Shown piece by piece: positions 1-7,921 of a DNA stretch of 32,000 nt; position 1 is the stretch's first letter; each line of letters opens with the position of its first letter. The stretch lies in the NCBI GenBank assembly GCA_965261025.1, contig OZ253438.1:1170001-1202000 (forward strand), written 5' to 3'. Made by a program: the position numbers and the translations under genes. Source of the DNA: Chlamydiales bacterium. GTDB taxonomy: Bacteria; Chlamydiota; Chlamydiia; Chlamydiales; SM23-39. The notes beneath the pieces were generated by a model that was given only the letters and a program-made list of their open reading frames with translations, ran no database searches and was not told where the DNA came from.

Positions 1-309
1 GTTCGTCCCTTTTTGAAAGTAGCTAGTGCAGTAGAGCTACCCTTTGAAGATAGGAGTTTTGATTTAGTAATTTCCATAAATACGATCCATAATTTAGAGA
101 GATTCGATTTACAAAGGGCTCTTAAAGAAATCCAAAGGGTTTCTAAGAAGGGAGCTTTTATTACGGTAGATGCTTATCGAAATGAAAAGGAAAAAGAGCT
201 GATGTATAGTTGGAATTTGACGGCAAAAACCATTTTACATGTGGAAGAGTGGAAAGAGCTTTTTGCCCAGTGCAGCTACACCGGTGACTACTATTGGTTC
301 ATGCCTTAA
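1..309 (+). CDS. Class I SAM-dependent methyltransferase (type-11-like), 3' fragment; the 5' end lies upstream of the window
   Basis: Frame 1 is open from base 1 to TAA 307-309. The translated tail (..ELPFEDRSFDLVISINTIHNL..KGAFITVDAY..) looks like the post-motif-I half of a Methyltransf_11 fold. It lies 100 nt upstream of the next gene on the same strand. Confidence 0.65.
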   Translation, partial: VRPFLKVASAVELPFEDRSFDLVISINTIHNLERFDLQRALKEIQRVSKKGAFITVDAYRNEKEKELMYSWNLTAKTILHVEEWKELFAQCSYTGDYYWFMP

Positions 310-411
310 AATCCTTCAAAAAAACGATTGCTTCACAAAAGTAGGTGTTGCTATCATCCCGGTTTTCCTGGTTAGAAGAATTTTTGTTTTTCGAATAGAT
401 ATATTGAGTGA

Positions 412-1674
412 GTGGATTATAAACCAAAAAAGTGGAACGAATCTGTGCTAAAAACAGCAAAAAAGAAGATAGAAAAAGCTCCTTTGATTGAGAAGAAGCC
501 CTGTTGTAGCGTTTGCTTGGATTCAGGTTTCTTACAAGAGCTTCTTGTTTTTCCGGAGCTTCCCTTTACAGGGATTTATGTTCCTTTAGAAGAAAGGGAG
601 GAGTCTTGTTTCTCTCAAGGGTTGGATCAGGGATTTTCTTTTTGTCCTCGTTGTTGTCATGGACAGCTGACTAATGTGGTAGATCCTTTTGTAGTTTATA
701 ATCAGTCCTATACTCATAGGGGCTCTAAAAGTGTTATTGCAACAGGAGGAAACCAGTTTTTTGCCCAATTTATAGAAAAAGTTTTTCCTCGCAGAACCTT
801 TCGGGGAGTTGTAGATATTGGCTGTAATGATGGTTTTTTGTTAAGACAGCTTGAAGAAAAGGCGGAACATCTTTTAGGGATTGATCCTATCTGGGGAAAT
901 AGAGAAGTAAAATTAACAGAAAAAATTCGTCTTTTGGGAGGGTTTGTACAAGAGGTAGATATTGTAAAATCACTGGGGAAACCTCTTGATTTAGTTATAT
1001 CTGCGCACACTTTTGAGCATGTAGAGAATCCAAAACAAGTTTTAGAGTCTATTGCAAAAAAGGTGGAAGTGGGTACGGTTTTAGTCATAGAAGTTCCCAG
1101 TTTGGATACACTTTTGAGAAACCATCGTTTTGATCAGATATTTCACCAACACATACAATATTTTTCTTGCAGATCGATCTCTACTTTGATGCAAAGTATA
1201 GGTTTTTCCTATGTTGCCCACGAATTTAATTATTCCATGTGGGGGGGGACTATGCTTTTTGCTTTTGTAAGAAAAGAGCAAAGAGAAGAAAAGCTCCCTG
1301 ATTTTCCAAAATATAGTTTAGAAGAAATCTTTTCTTCTTATGCTACCTTCCAAGATTCCTTAGAGAGGCTTTCAAAAAAGATCGCTTCTTTGGAAAAAGG
1401 AGAGATTTGCGCTTTTGGAGCGGCGCAAATGTTACCAGTTTTAGCGTATCATACTCCTTGCCATTTAGCTGGAATTTCTTCTGTCTACGATGATAATACA
1501 CAAAGGCATTTTCTACGCTATCCGGGATTTTCTTTTACTATACAAAACCCAGGAGGAGTCTCTTTTAGGGATAAGACAGTAGTAATTACTGCTTTAGATA
1601 GCGCTCGTCCTCTTATTGGTAGGTTAAATTCTTTGGGGGCTAAAAGTATACTACTACCACTACAGAACCTATAA
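412..1674 (+). CDS. Zn-ribbon C-methyltransferase of the NDP-sugar C-methyltransferase type (TylCIII-like; Methyltransf_13/14 architecture)
   Basis: N-terminal CxxC..CxxC pair (CSVC ... CPRC). SAM motif I is VVDIGCNDGFLL. The C-terminal domain contains FHQHIQYF and is paralogous to ORF 14981-16180. The start is uncertain: GTG 412, GTG 445 and TTG 484 are all in frame and none has a strong SD. The stop overlaps the next start (TAATG at 1672-1676). Confidence 0.75.
   Translation: MDYKPKKWNESVLKTAKKKIEKAPLIEKKPCCSVCLDSGFLQELLVFPELPFTGIYVPLEEREESCFSQGLDQGFSFCPRCCHGQLTNVVDPFVVYNQSYTHRGSKSVIATGGNQFFAQFIEKVFPRRTFRGVVDIGCNDGFLLRQLEEKAEHLLGIDPIWGNREVKLTEKIRLLGGFVQEVDIVKSLGKPLDLVISAHTFEHVENPKQVLESIAKKVEVGTVLVIEVPSLDTLLRNHRFDQIFHQHIQYFSCRSISTLMQSIGFSYVAHEFNYSMWGGTMLFAFVRKEQREEKLPDFPKYSLEEIFSSYATFQDSLERLSKKIASLEKGEICAFGAAQMLPVLAYHTPCHLAGISSVYDDNTQRHFLRYPGFSFTIQNPGGVSFRDKTVVITALDSARPLIGRLNSLGAKSILLPLQNL
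1241..1248 (+). repeat. Homopolymeric G8 tract inside the C-methyltransferase coding sequence (codons TGG GGG GGG = W-G-G)
   Basis: Read directly: ...ccatgt gggggggg actatg... This is the longest G/C run I found in the window; all other G/C runs are 6 nt or shorter. Confidence 0.95.
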
Positions 1675-2561
1675 TGAAAAAATTAAAAATTGCCATACTA
1701 GGAACGGGGAAGTTAGCTACAGATCTACTGGTAAAAGTGCTTCGCTCTTCCAAGCTTGAATGTGTCATCTTTGTAGGAAGAAACCGAGAGTCTCATGGAA
1801 TCTGTATTGCTAAAGATTTGCAGGTGCCAACCTCTTTTGAAGGAGTAGATTTTTTATTGAAACAGCCCCACTTATATGAACTGGTTTTCGATGTAACCAC
1901 AGCGCAGTCTCATCTTATTCACAACCAGCTTTTGCAGCCTCTTGGAAAACCTATTATAGATCTTACTCCTTGCCGTATTGGGAGTCTCCTTGTTCCCTCT
2001 ATTAATCTATCTTTAGTACATAAGACAAAGAATGTAAATTTAGTAAGTTGTGGTGGACAAACAGCTATCCCTATAATTCACGAGATTGTTTCCAAGGCAG
2101 ATTTGGTAGAATCAATCGAAATTGTTTCCACTATTGCTGCAAAAAGTGCGGGTAGAGGAACTCGTATAAATATTGATGAATATATTACCAAAACCGAAAC
2201 GGCCATTTCCTATTTTTCGGGATGTAAGAAGGTAAAAGCGATACTTATTTTAAATCCCGCCGTTCCCGAAGTGAATATGAAGACTACTCTTTATATGAAG
2301 GGCAAGCATACTGATCTTGATTCGATTCATAAAGCTATTTTATTAGCTGTTGAAAATATGCAGAAATATGTTCCAGGATATCGTTTGAAAGTACCCCCTG
2401 TGATTGACGAAGATGTTTTGACTGTAACTATAGAAGTCGTCGGTAGAGGAGACTACCTCCCTTTTTATGCGGGAAACTTAGATATTATAAATTGTGCAGC
2501 GATTCAGATTGCTGAGGAGTATGCAAATCATGTAACGGGATCGATGGCATGTCATGTATAG
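1674..2561 (+). CDS. Acetaldehyde dehydrogenase (acetylating), DmpF/MhpF family
   Basis: N-terminal Rossmann motif KIAILGTGKLATDLLVK. Catalytic-Cys signature NLVSCGGQTAIPIIHEI. Length of 295 aa is typical of the family. It overlaps the downstream aldolase gene by 13 nt, as DmpF/DmpG pairs do. Confidence 0.85.
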   Translation: MKKLKIAILGTGKLATDLLVKVLRSSKLECVIFVGRNRESHGICIAKDLQVPTSFEGVDFLLKQPHLYELVFDVTTAQSHLIHNQLLQPLGKPIIDLTPCRIGSLLVPSINLSLVHKTKNVNLVSCGGQTAIPIIHEIVSKADLVESIEIVSTIAAKSAGRGTRINIDEYITKTETAISYFSGCKKVKAILILNPAVPEVNMKTTLYMKGKHTDLDSIHKAILLAVENMQKYVPGYRLKVPPVIDEDVLTVTIEVVGRGDYLPFYAGNLDIINCAAIQIAEEYANHVTGSMACHV

Positions 2562-3568
2562 AGATTAGCGATGCTTCTTTAAGAGATGGAAATCATGCTA
2601 TATCCCATCAGCTTCACTTGGAGCATATAGCCCTTTATGCTCTAAAAGCAGATGAGTCTGGTATGTCCTACATTGAGGTAGGACATGGTAATGGTTTAGG
2701 AGCTAGTTCTTTTCAGATTGGGCATGCGCTCCACAGTGATGCAGAAGTTTTACATGCGGCTAGAAAAGCAGTGCAAAGGGGAAAGTTAAGTGTTCATGCA
2801 ATTCCTGGATTTGCCACAATTGATAAAGATATTTTACCTGCTATAGAAAAGGGAGTAGATACTTTTAGAATAGCCTCTCATTGCACGGAAGCGGATACGA
2901 CAGAGACCCAAATATCTTATTTGAAAAAGAGGGATAAGGAGGTTTTTGGAGTGCTCATGATGTCTCATAGGGCTTGTAAAAAGCAATTATTAGAGTCCGC
3001 AAGGTACATGCAAAGCTATGGAGCTTCTGGTGTGATTCTTATGGATTCAGCAGGAGCTTATATTCCGAGTGAGGTAAAAGAGAAGATTTCTTTTTTGGTA
3101 GATCATCTACAGGTTAAGGTGGGATTTCATGCGCATAATAACCTTGGTCTTGCTGTATCTAATTCTATTCTCGCTGTAGAATGTGGAGCCACTATTTTAG
3201 ACGCTACAGCAAGGGGTTTTGGAGCAGGTGCAGGAAATTGTCAGATAGAAATCCTGGTACCTCTTTTAAGCAGGCTAGGATATAGGACAAATATCGATCC
3301 CCATAAAGTTTTAGATCTGGCTGATTTTGCCGAAAAAACTTTTATACCAAGCATTCCTTCTCCTAGAACGCTTAGTATAGCAACCGGTTTGGCAGGCCTA
3401 TTTTCTGGCTTTGCTAAGCCTATAGAGAAGATGTGTGAAAAATATGAAGTAGATCCCAAGAAGGTAATTGAGACGCTAGGTTCTATGAAAGTAGTGGCAG
3501 GGCAGGAAGATGCTATTTTGCAGGCCATAAAAATGGTGATGAGTCATGATACAAGAAAATCTTCTTAA
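2549..3568 (+). CDS. 4-hydroxy-2-oxovalerate aldolase-like (DmpG/MhpE family, HMGL-like TIM barrel)
   Basis: ISDASLRDGNHAISHQ (substrate/metal Asp region) and VGFHAHNNLGLAVSNS (His-x-His metal ligands). 339 aa. Directly paired with the DmpF-like gene. Confidence 0.85.
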   Translation: MSCIEISDASLRDGNHAISHQLHLEHIALYALKADESGMSYIEVGHGNGLGASSFQIGHALHSDAEVLHAARKAVQRGKLSVHAIPGFATIDKDILPAIEKGVDTFRIASHCTEADTTETQISYLKKRDKEVFGVLMMSHRACKKQLLESARYMQSYGASGVILMDSAGAYIPSEVKEKISFLVDHLQVKVGFHAHNNLGLAVSNSILAVECGATILDATARGFGAGAGNCQIEILVPLLSRLGYRTNIDPHKVLDLADFAEKTFIPSIPSPRTLSIATGLAGLFSGFAKPIEKMCEKYEVDPKKVIETLGSMKVVAGQEDAILQAIKMVMSHDTRKSS

Positions 3569-4334
3569 GAAAGCCCTTACTTCAAATCGAGTTGTTTTTG
3601 GGACTTGGTCTGTCTTACACTCTGTTTCTTCTATAGAGGCCTTGGGGGCAACTCCTTTAGATTTTATCCTTTTTGATAGGGAACATGATTCTATTTCTTA
3701 CGAGAAAATTGCTCAGTATACAAGTTTTTGTTTTGCTAGCAGACTTACTCCACTGGTTAGAATTCCTGAAATTTCTCTTAGTGAGGTACAACGCGCGCTT
3801 GATTCGGGAGCGCAAGGGTTGCATGTTCCAAATATTTCAAGGCCTGAGCAAATAGAGAAGCTCTTGGAACTAGCGTTATTTCCTCCTTTGGGTAAAAGAG
3901 GGTTTGCTCCTTTTACTAAGGCTTGTGGGTATCAAAAAGAAAAGGTGTCTTATGTTTTACAAAACACCAATAACCAGCTTTTGCTAGCGGTTCATATAGA
4001 AAACAAAGAAGGAATAGAAAATCTTTCCAAGCTTCTTTCTTATGAATTTATTGATATATTTTTTGTGGGGCTTTTTGATTTAGCAAACTCTTTGGGTCTT
4101 CAGGGGGATATTAGGCATCCGCATTGGGAAGAAATCTTGAAGTCCCTTATAAAACAGATTCAGTCGAAAAATAAAATAGCAGGAACCATTGCTATGAATT
4201 TAGAGCAGGCGGAGTATTTGCTGGGATTGGGATTTCAGTATTTAACGATCTCTTCTGACTGTGATATGCTCTTTAGTTCTTATACAAACTTTTTACAAAA
4301 TGTGGGAAGGGTTTCTTATGGAGTTAAATCTTAA
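3546..4334 (+). CDS. HpcH/HpaI-family (class II, pyruvate-dependent) aldolase
   Basis: VVFGTWSVLHS..IEALGATPLDFILFDREHD and ..VRIP......RALDSGAQGLHVP resemble the HpcH/HpaI aldolase / citrate-lyase beta fold. The ATG at 3546 overlaps the upstream gene by 23 nt. Confidence 0.75.
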   Translation: MIQENLLKKALTSNRVVFGTWSVLHSVSSIEALGATPLDFILFDREHDSISYEKIAQYTSFCFASRLTPLVRIPEISLSEVQRALDSGAQGLHVPNISRPEQIEKLLELALFPPLGKRGFAPFTKACGYQKEKVSYVLQNTNNQLLLAVHIENKEGIENLSKLLSYEFIDIFFVGLFDLANSLGLQGDIRHPHWEEILKSLIKQIQSKNKIAGTIAMNLEQAEYLLGLGFQYLTISSDCDMLFSSYTNFLQNVGRVSYGVKS

Positions 4335-5109
4335 GGGAAAAAAAGCATTGGTTACAGGGGGCTCTAACGGAATTGGCAAGGCCATTGTCAAGGCTTTGGC
4401 TTCGGAAGGGGTCACGGTAGCTTTTACTTCTAGAAAGCAGTACCGAATTGATTCACTTTTATCAGAGATGGAGGAAGAGGGACTTTCTCATTTAGGGGTA
4501 CAGGTGGATATCTCAGAAGAAGCAGGTCCTAGTAGAGTAAAGGCTGTTTTAGAAGAAAAGTTTGGAGAAGTGGACATTCTCGTAAATAATGTAGGAGATA
4601 CTTTATCAATAGTGGATCCTTACTGTTCCTTATCTGATTGGAAAAGGATATACCGGCTAAATCTCGAAGTGCACGTAGAGTTAGTTAATTTATTTCTTCC
4701 TCATATGCTCAAGCAAAGGTGGGGTCGAATTGTAAATATCACGGCAGGCGCTGCTTTAGAAAACAGTGGTCCCGTTCCTTATTGTTCTATGAAGGCGGCG
4801 TATACGGCTTATACAAGATCTATGGCGCGAGTTTTGGCACCAGAAAATGTCGTTATGACAGCGGTGCTTCCTGGTGTTGTGCTTACAGAAGAAGGGCATT
4901 GGCAAAAAGTATTGGAAGACAGACCGAATCATGCAAAAAAGTATTTATCGGAGAGGACTTCTTTGAAAAGATTTGGGCTTCCTGAAGAGATTAGTCCCAT
5001 GGTGGTTTTTCTTTGTTCTGATGCGGCTTCCTTTTGTCAAGGGTCTATTGTTCCTGTAGAAGGAGGACAGGCCCGTCATTATTTTCATGTGCATGGAATA
5101 GGAAATTAA
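4318..5109 (+). CDS. Short-chain dehydrogenase/reductase (classical SDR)
   Basis: The protein starts MELNLKGKKALVTGGSNGIGKAI (TGxxxGIG). It carries NNVG and the YxxxK catalytic motif (YCSMKAAY). I prefer ATG 4318, preceded by GGGAAGGG, over the track's upstream alternative start at 4261. The TAA stop is immediately followed by the next ATG (5107-5112). Confidence 0.85.
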   Translation: MELNLKGKKALVTGGSNGIGKAIVKALASEGVTVAFTSRKQYRIDSLLSEMEEEGLSHLGVQVDISEEAGPSRVKAVLEEKFGEVDILVNNVGDTLSIVDPYCSLSDWKRIYRLNLEVHVELVNLFLPHMLKQRWGRIVNITAGAALENSGPVPYCSMKAAYTAYTRSMARVLAPENVVMTAVLPGVVLTEEGHWQKVLEDRPNHAKKYLSERTSLKRFGLPEEISPMVVFLCSDAASFCQGSIVPVEGGQARHYFHVHGIGN

Positions 5110-6870
5110 ATGAAGGCAACAGACTATATTGCCTCTGTTTTACGAAAAAAGGGTATTTCAGCAGTTTTTGGAGTAACTGGGGGTGCAGTCGTACATCTTT
5201 TTGATTCTGCAAAGAAGGAGGGATTAGAATGCGTGTTTACCCATCACGAACAGTCGGGAGCTTTTGCAGCAGGGGCTTTTGCTAGGCTCCAGGGATTAGG
5301 AGCTTTATTTTGTACTACAGGACCTGGAGGGACAAACGCTCTTACAGGGATAGCGGCGGCTTGGCTTGACTCCGTTCCCTTAATCTGCTTAGGGGGACAG
5401 GTAAGATTGTCTCACATGAAACCAAAAAATATTCGGCAGCAAGGAGCACAAGAGCTGGATATAGTCTCTTTGATGAAGCCCATTACAAAATCAGCACAAA
5501 CGGTAAAGAGTTTAGCTCTTTTACCTAAGATGTTAGAAGAGTCTATTGAAATAGCTACCTCAAAAAGACCGGGACCCGTTTATCTAGAAATACCCCTGGA
5601 TTTACAGTGGCAATCCATTACTTTACCAGAGGCTTCTTTACAGAAAGACTTTCCGGAAGTAGCTTTAGAAGAAGAAAAAATGAAGCAAATTTTTCAGCGG
5701 TTTAACCAGGCTAAAAAACCTCTTGTTTTGATAGGGCATGGTGTAAGACTAGCTAAGGCTAAATATCTTATAAGAGCTTTTTTGGATAAGAGCGAAGTTC
5801 CTCATATCACTACGTGGAATGCGGTAGATCTGGTAGAGGGAACGTCCCCTTTGTATCTGGGTTGTCCTGGGATGTTTGGCACTAGAGAAGCCAATTTAGC
5901 GGTACAGACTTGCGACTTTCTTCTTTGTATAGGGACGCATTTACCTATTCCTATTACAACAGGTTTATTTCATAAGTTTGCTACTTCTGCTGAGATTGCT
6001 ATGATCAATATTGATGACAAGGAGCTTTCCTCGCAAAGGGTAGAGATAAAGCATAAACTACTCATGGATGCTAGGGTTTTTTTAGAAAAGGCTCTTCCTG
6101 TTATTCAGCCTGTAAAAAATTGGTCTTGGAAAAGCTCCTGCTGTAGGATTCGGCAGCTTTTTTCTTCGAGCTTTTTACCGAAAAAGGAAAAAGGTTTTAT
6201 GGATGCTTATCAAGCGGTAAGAATCATCAACAGCTTTTTGGATAAAGATACTATTGTGGTTATAGATGGGGGAGGCACTATTGTACAGATTGGAATGCAA
6301 ACGCTTATTGCTAAAGAGAATCAACGAATTATAATTGATGCGGGACTTTGTTCTATGGGATCAGGGCTTCCTCATGTTATTGGCTCTTGTAAAGCAAGGC
6401 CTGATGCAAAGGTATTTTGTCTTGTGGGAGAAGGCAGTCTTATGTTTAATTTACAAGAACTTCAGACTCTCTCTGATCACAAGATGAATGTAGTAGTGTT
6501 CGTTTTCAATAATGAAGGATATCTTTCTATAAAACATACCCAGGAGAGTTTTTTAAAAGGAGTTTACTTAGGCTCTAGCAAAGAGGGAGGGATTTCTACG
6601 CCAGATCTCAAAAAGTTGGCTTCTTCTTTTTGCATTCGATATTCGCTGGCTGCGGAGGAAGAGACGTTTTCTGAGCAGCTCTCCATTATAAAAAAAGAAA
6701 AAGGCCCTCACTTATGTGAAGTTCGAATTTCTAAAGAGCAGTCTATTTCTCCAAAAATCGGATTTTCAAAAAATCAAGACGGGACAGCCTCTCAAAATCC
6801 CATAGATAAGATGGAGCCCTTCATCTTTGAAAAAGAAACAAGAGAATTCTTAGTAAATATAAAGACCTGA
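5110..6870 (+). CDS. Thiamine-diphosphate-dependent enzyme, acetolactate-synthase large-subunit / YerE-like carboligase
   Basis: HHEQSGAFAAGAFARL carries the catalytic Glu. TTGPGGTNALTGIAAAWLDSVPLICLGGQ is also present. The ThDP motif reads GEGSLMFN..(24 aa)..NNEGY, i.e. GEG instead of the canonical GDG. 586 aa. Confidence 0.85.
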   Translation: MKATDYIASVLRKKGISAVFGVTGGAVVHLFDSAKKEGLECVFTHHEQSGAFAAGAFARLQGLGALFCTTGPGGTNALTGIAAAWLDSVPLICLGGQVRLSHMKPKNIRQQGAQELDIVSLMKPITKSAQTVKSLALLPKMLEESIEIATSKRPGPVYLEIPLDLQWQSITLPEASLQKDFPEVALEEEKMKQIFQRFNQAKKPLVLIGHGVRLAKAKYLIRAFLDKSEVPHITTWNAVDLVEGTSPLYLGCPGMFGTREANLAVQTCDFLLCIGTHLPIPITTGLFHKFATSAEIAMINIDDKELSSQRVEIKHKLLMDARVFLEKALPVIQPVKNWSWKSSCCRIRQLFSSSFLPKKEKGFMDAYQAVRIINSFLDKDTIVVIDGGGTIVQIGMQTLIAKENQRIIIDAGLCSMGSGLPHVIGSCKARPDAKVFCLVGEGSLMFNLQELQTLSDHKMNVVVFVFNNEGYLSIKHTQESFLKGVYLGSSKEGGISTPDLKKLASSFCIRYSLAAEEETFSEQLSIIKKEKGPHLCEVRISKEQSISPKIGFSKNQDGTASQNPIDKMEPFIFEKETREFLVNIKT

Positions 6871-7729
6871 AGAATCTCCTTCCCCGGGAGATTATTCCTC
6901 CTAGAATGAGGAAGATAAGGGTTTTGGGGGATTTTTTTTGCCAAAATAGGGTATAAATAAATTCTTTTCTCAGCTCTTTCAAAATAGAGTAAGAGAGCAT
7001 CTTTTTTCTCACGTCAAGATAAGCGGGAGTTTGTAGGGATTCTAATATATAAAGACAGGGTTTTTTTCGGTCATTTTTAGGATGAGAAAGATTTTCATCG
7101 TGCAAACGCTTATGAGCCAACACCGCTTTTATAAAAACAAAACCATGTCTCAAGGCAATCACATGGGAAAAAAACCAATCGCAAAGAGGTCCTGTATTTT
7201 TTTGAACTCCTCCTGCTTGGAGAACATAACTTCTTTTGTAGATGCTAGTATGTCCTAAAAATGTGTGATTTTCTTGCTTAAATTTTGCCACTTCCTCTCT
7301 AGGGTAGAATTGGGAGGGGAAAGACGTTTGTTCATTGCATTTTTCTCCTTCTTTTTTTTTGTGAAAATAAAAAGGTTCAGAACAAGCAAACCCCGCTTCG
7401 GGGTGTGCTTTTAAAGAGGAGAGAGTAATTTCAATAAAATTTGGTAAAATGAAGTCATCGGAACAGGCAAAATAAATGTATTCTCCTTTTGCCCTATGTA
7501 GCCCCCTATTAGCGCTTTCATAAGCTCCTCGTCTCTTCTCGTTTTTGATAAAAATAATCTGAGGAAAGTTTCTTACGTAACTTTCTATAATATCGCGGCT
7601 ATTATCCGTAGAGGCATCATCGATAAGGATAAGTTCGTCAGGAAATTTTGTTTGTTGAGCAAATCCTTCCAAAGCAGATTCAATATAACGTCCAAAATTG
7701 TAATTGCACATAACTACAGAAAGACGCAT
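6821..7729 (-). CDS. Family 2 glycosyltransferase (GT-A fold)
   Basis: MRLSVVMCNYNFGRYIESAL..LILIDDASTDNS.. and a DxD-like CSDDF motif. ATG 7729 is preferred over the track's 7777 because GT2 proteins normally begin right at the 'SV(V/I)..YN' strand. The 3' end overlaps the convergent ThDP gene by 50 nt. Confidence 0.8.
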   Translation of the reverse strand: MRLSVVMCNYNFGRYIESALEGFAQQTKFPDELILIDDASTDNSRDIIESYVRNFPQIIFIKNEKRRGAYESANRGLHRAKGEYIYFACSDDFILPNFIEITLSSLKAHPEAGFACSEPFYFHKKKEGEKCNEQTSFPSQFYPREEVAKFKQENHTFLGHTSIYKRSYVLQAGGVQKNTGPLCDWFFSHVIALRHGFVFIKAVLAHKRLHDENLSHPKNDRKKPCLYILESLQTPAYLDVRKKMLSYSILKELRKEFIYTLFWQKKSPKTLIFLILGGIISRGRRFFRSLYLLRILLFLFQR

Positions 7730-7921
7730 TGAGGTTCCAAAAGGTTTTTTTGTATACAAGATACCTTGCGTAGGCATTTTTAAAAAATAAGAACAAAAAG
7801 AAAGTCTTCTAACTTTAGTTGTACAGAAAAGAAGATCTTCGTGTTAGACTCCGAGGTAGTTTTTACATACAAGTTAAGCTGCAGCTAAATATAGCCCAGA
7901 GGATAGTTTAGGTATTTTGAT
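7730..7921. promoter_or_regulatory. Divergent intergenic region that must hold promoters for the GT2 (minus) and Zn-ADH (plus) genes
   Basis: Back-to-back start codons. The only candidate element I see is a weak TTTACA (7862-7867) - N18 - TAAATA (7886-7891). I could make no confident -35/-10 assignment by eye. Confidence 0.3.

Noticed and set aside
714-1088. 124-aa antisense ORF inside the first C-methyltransferase gene (similar cases: 586-768 and 1081-1281)
   Set aside because: It is fully embedded opposite a gene with clear family motifs. It has no SD, the composition is low-complexity, and I recognise no family. Such shadow ORFs are typical of AT-rich DNA.
4261-4317. N-terminal extensions offered by the ORF track (also 7730-7777, 9004-9075, 11482-11538, 20201-20281, 30012-30068)
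   Set aside because: Most begin at TTG/GTG without an SD and add residues ahead of conserved N-terminal motifs such as TGxxxGIG of the SDR, SVVMCNYN of the GT2 and IIVESPAK of TopA. Internal ATGs with purine-rich SD-like sequences fit better. The true starts remain unverified.
7345-7353. A/T homopolymers of 9 nt considered as phase-variation tracts (7345-7353, 9604-9612, 18078-18086, 22864-22872, 26727-26735, 30094-30102 and others)
   Set aside because: They are frequent, spread over housekeeping and glycan genes alike (including gmd and topA), and simply encode Lys/Phe runs in an AT-rich genome. Only the G8 tract stands out.
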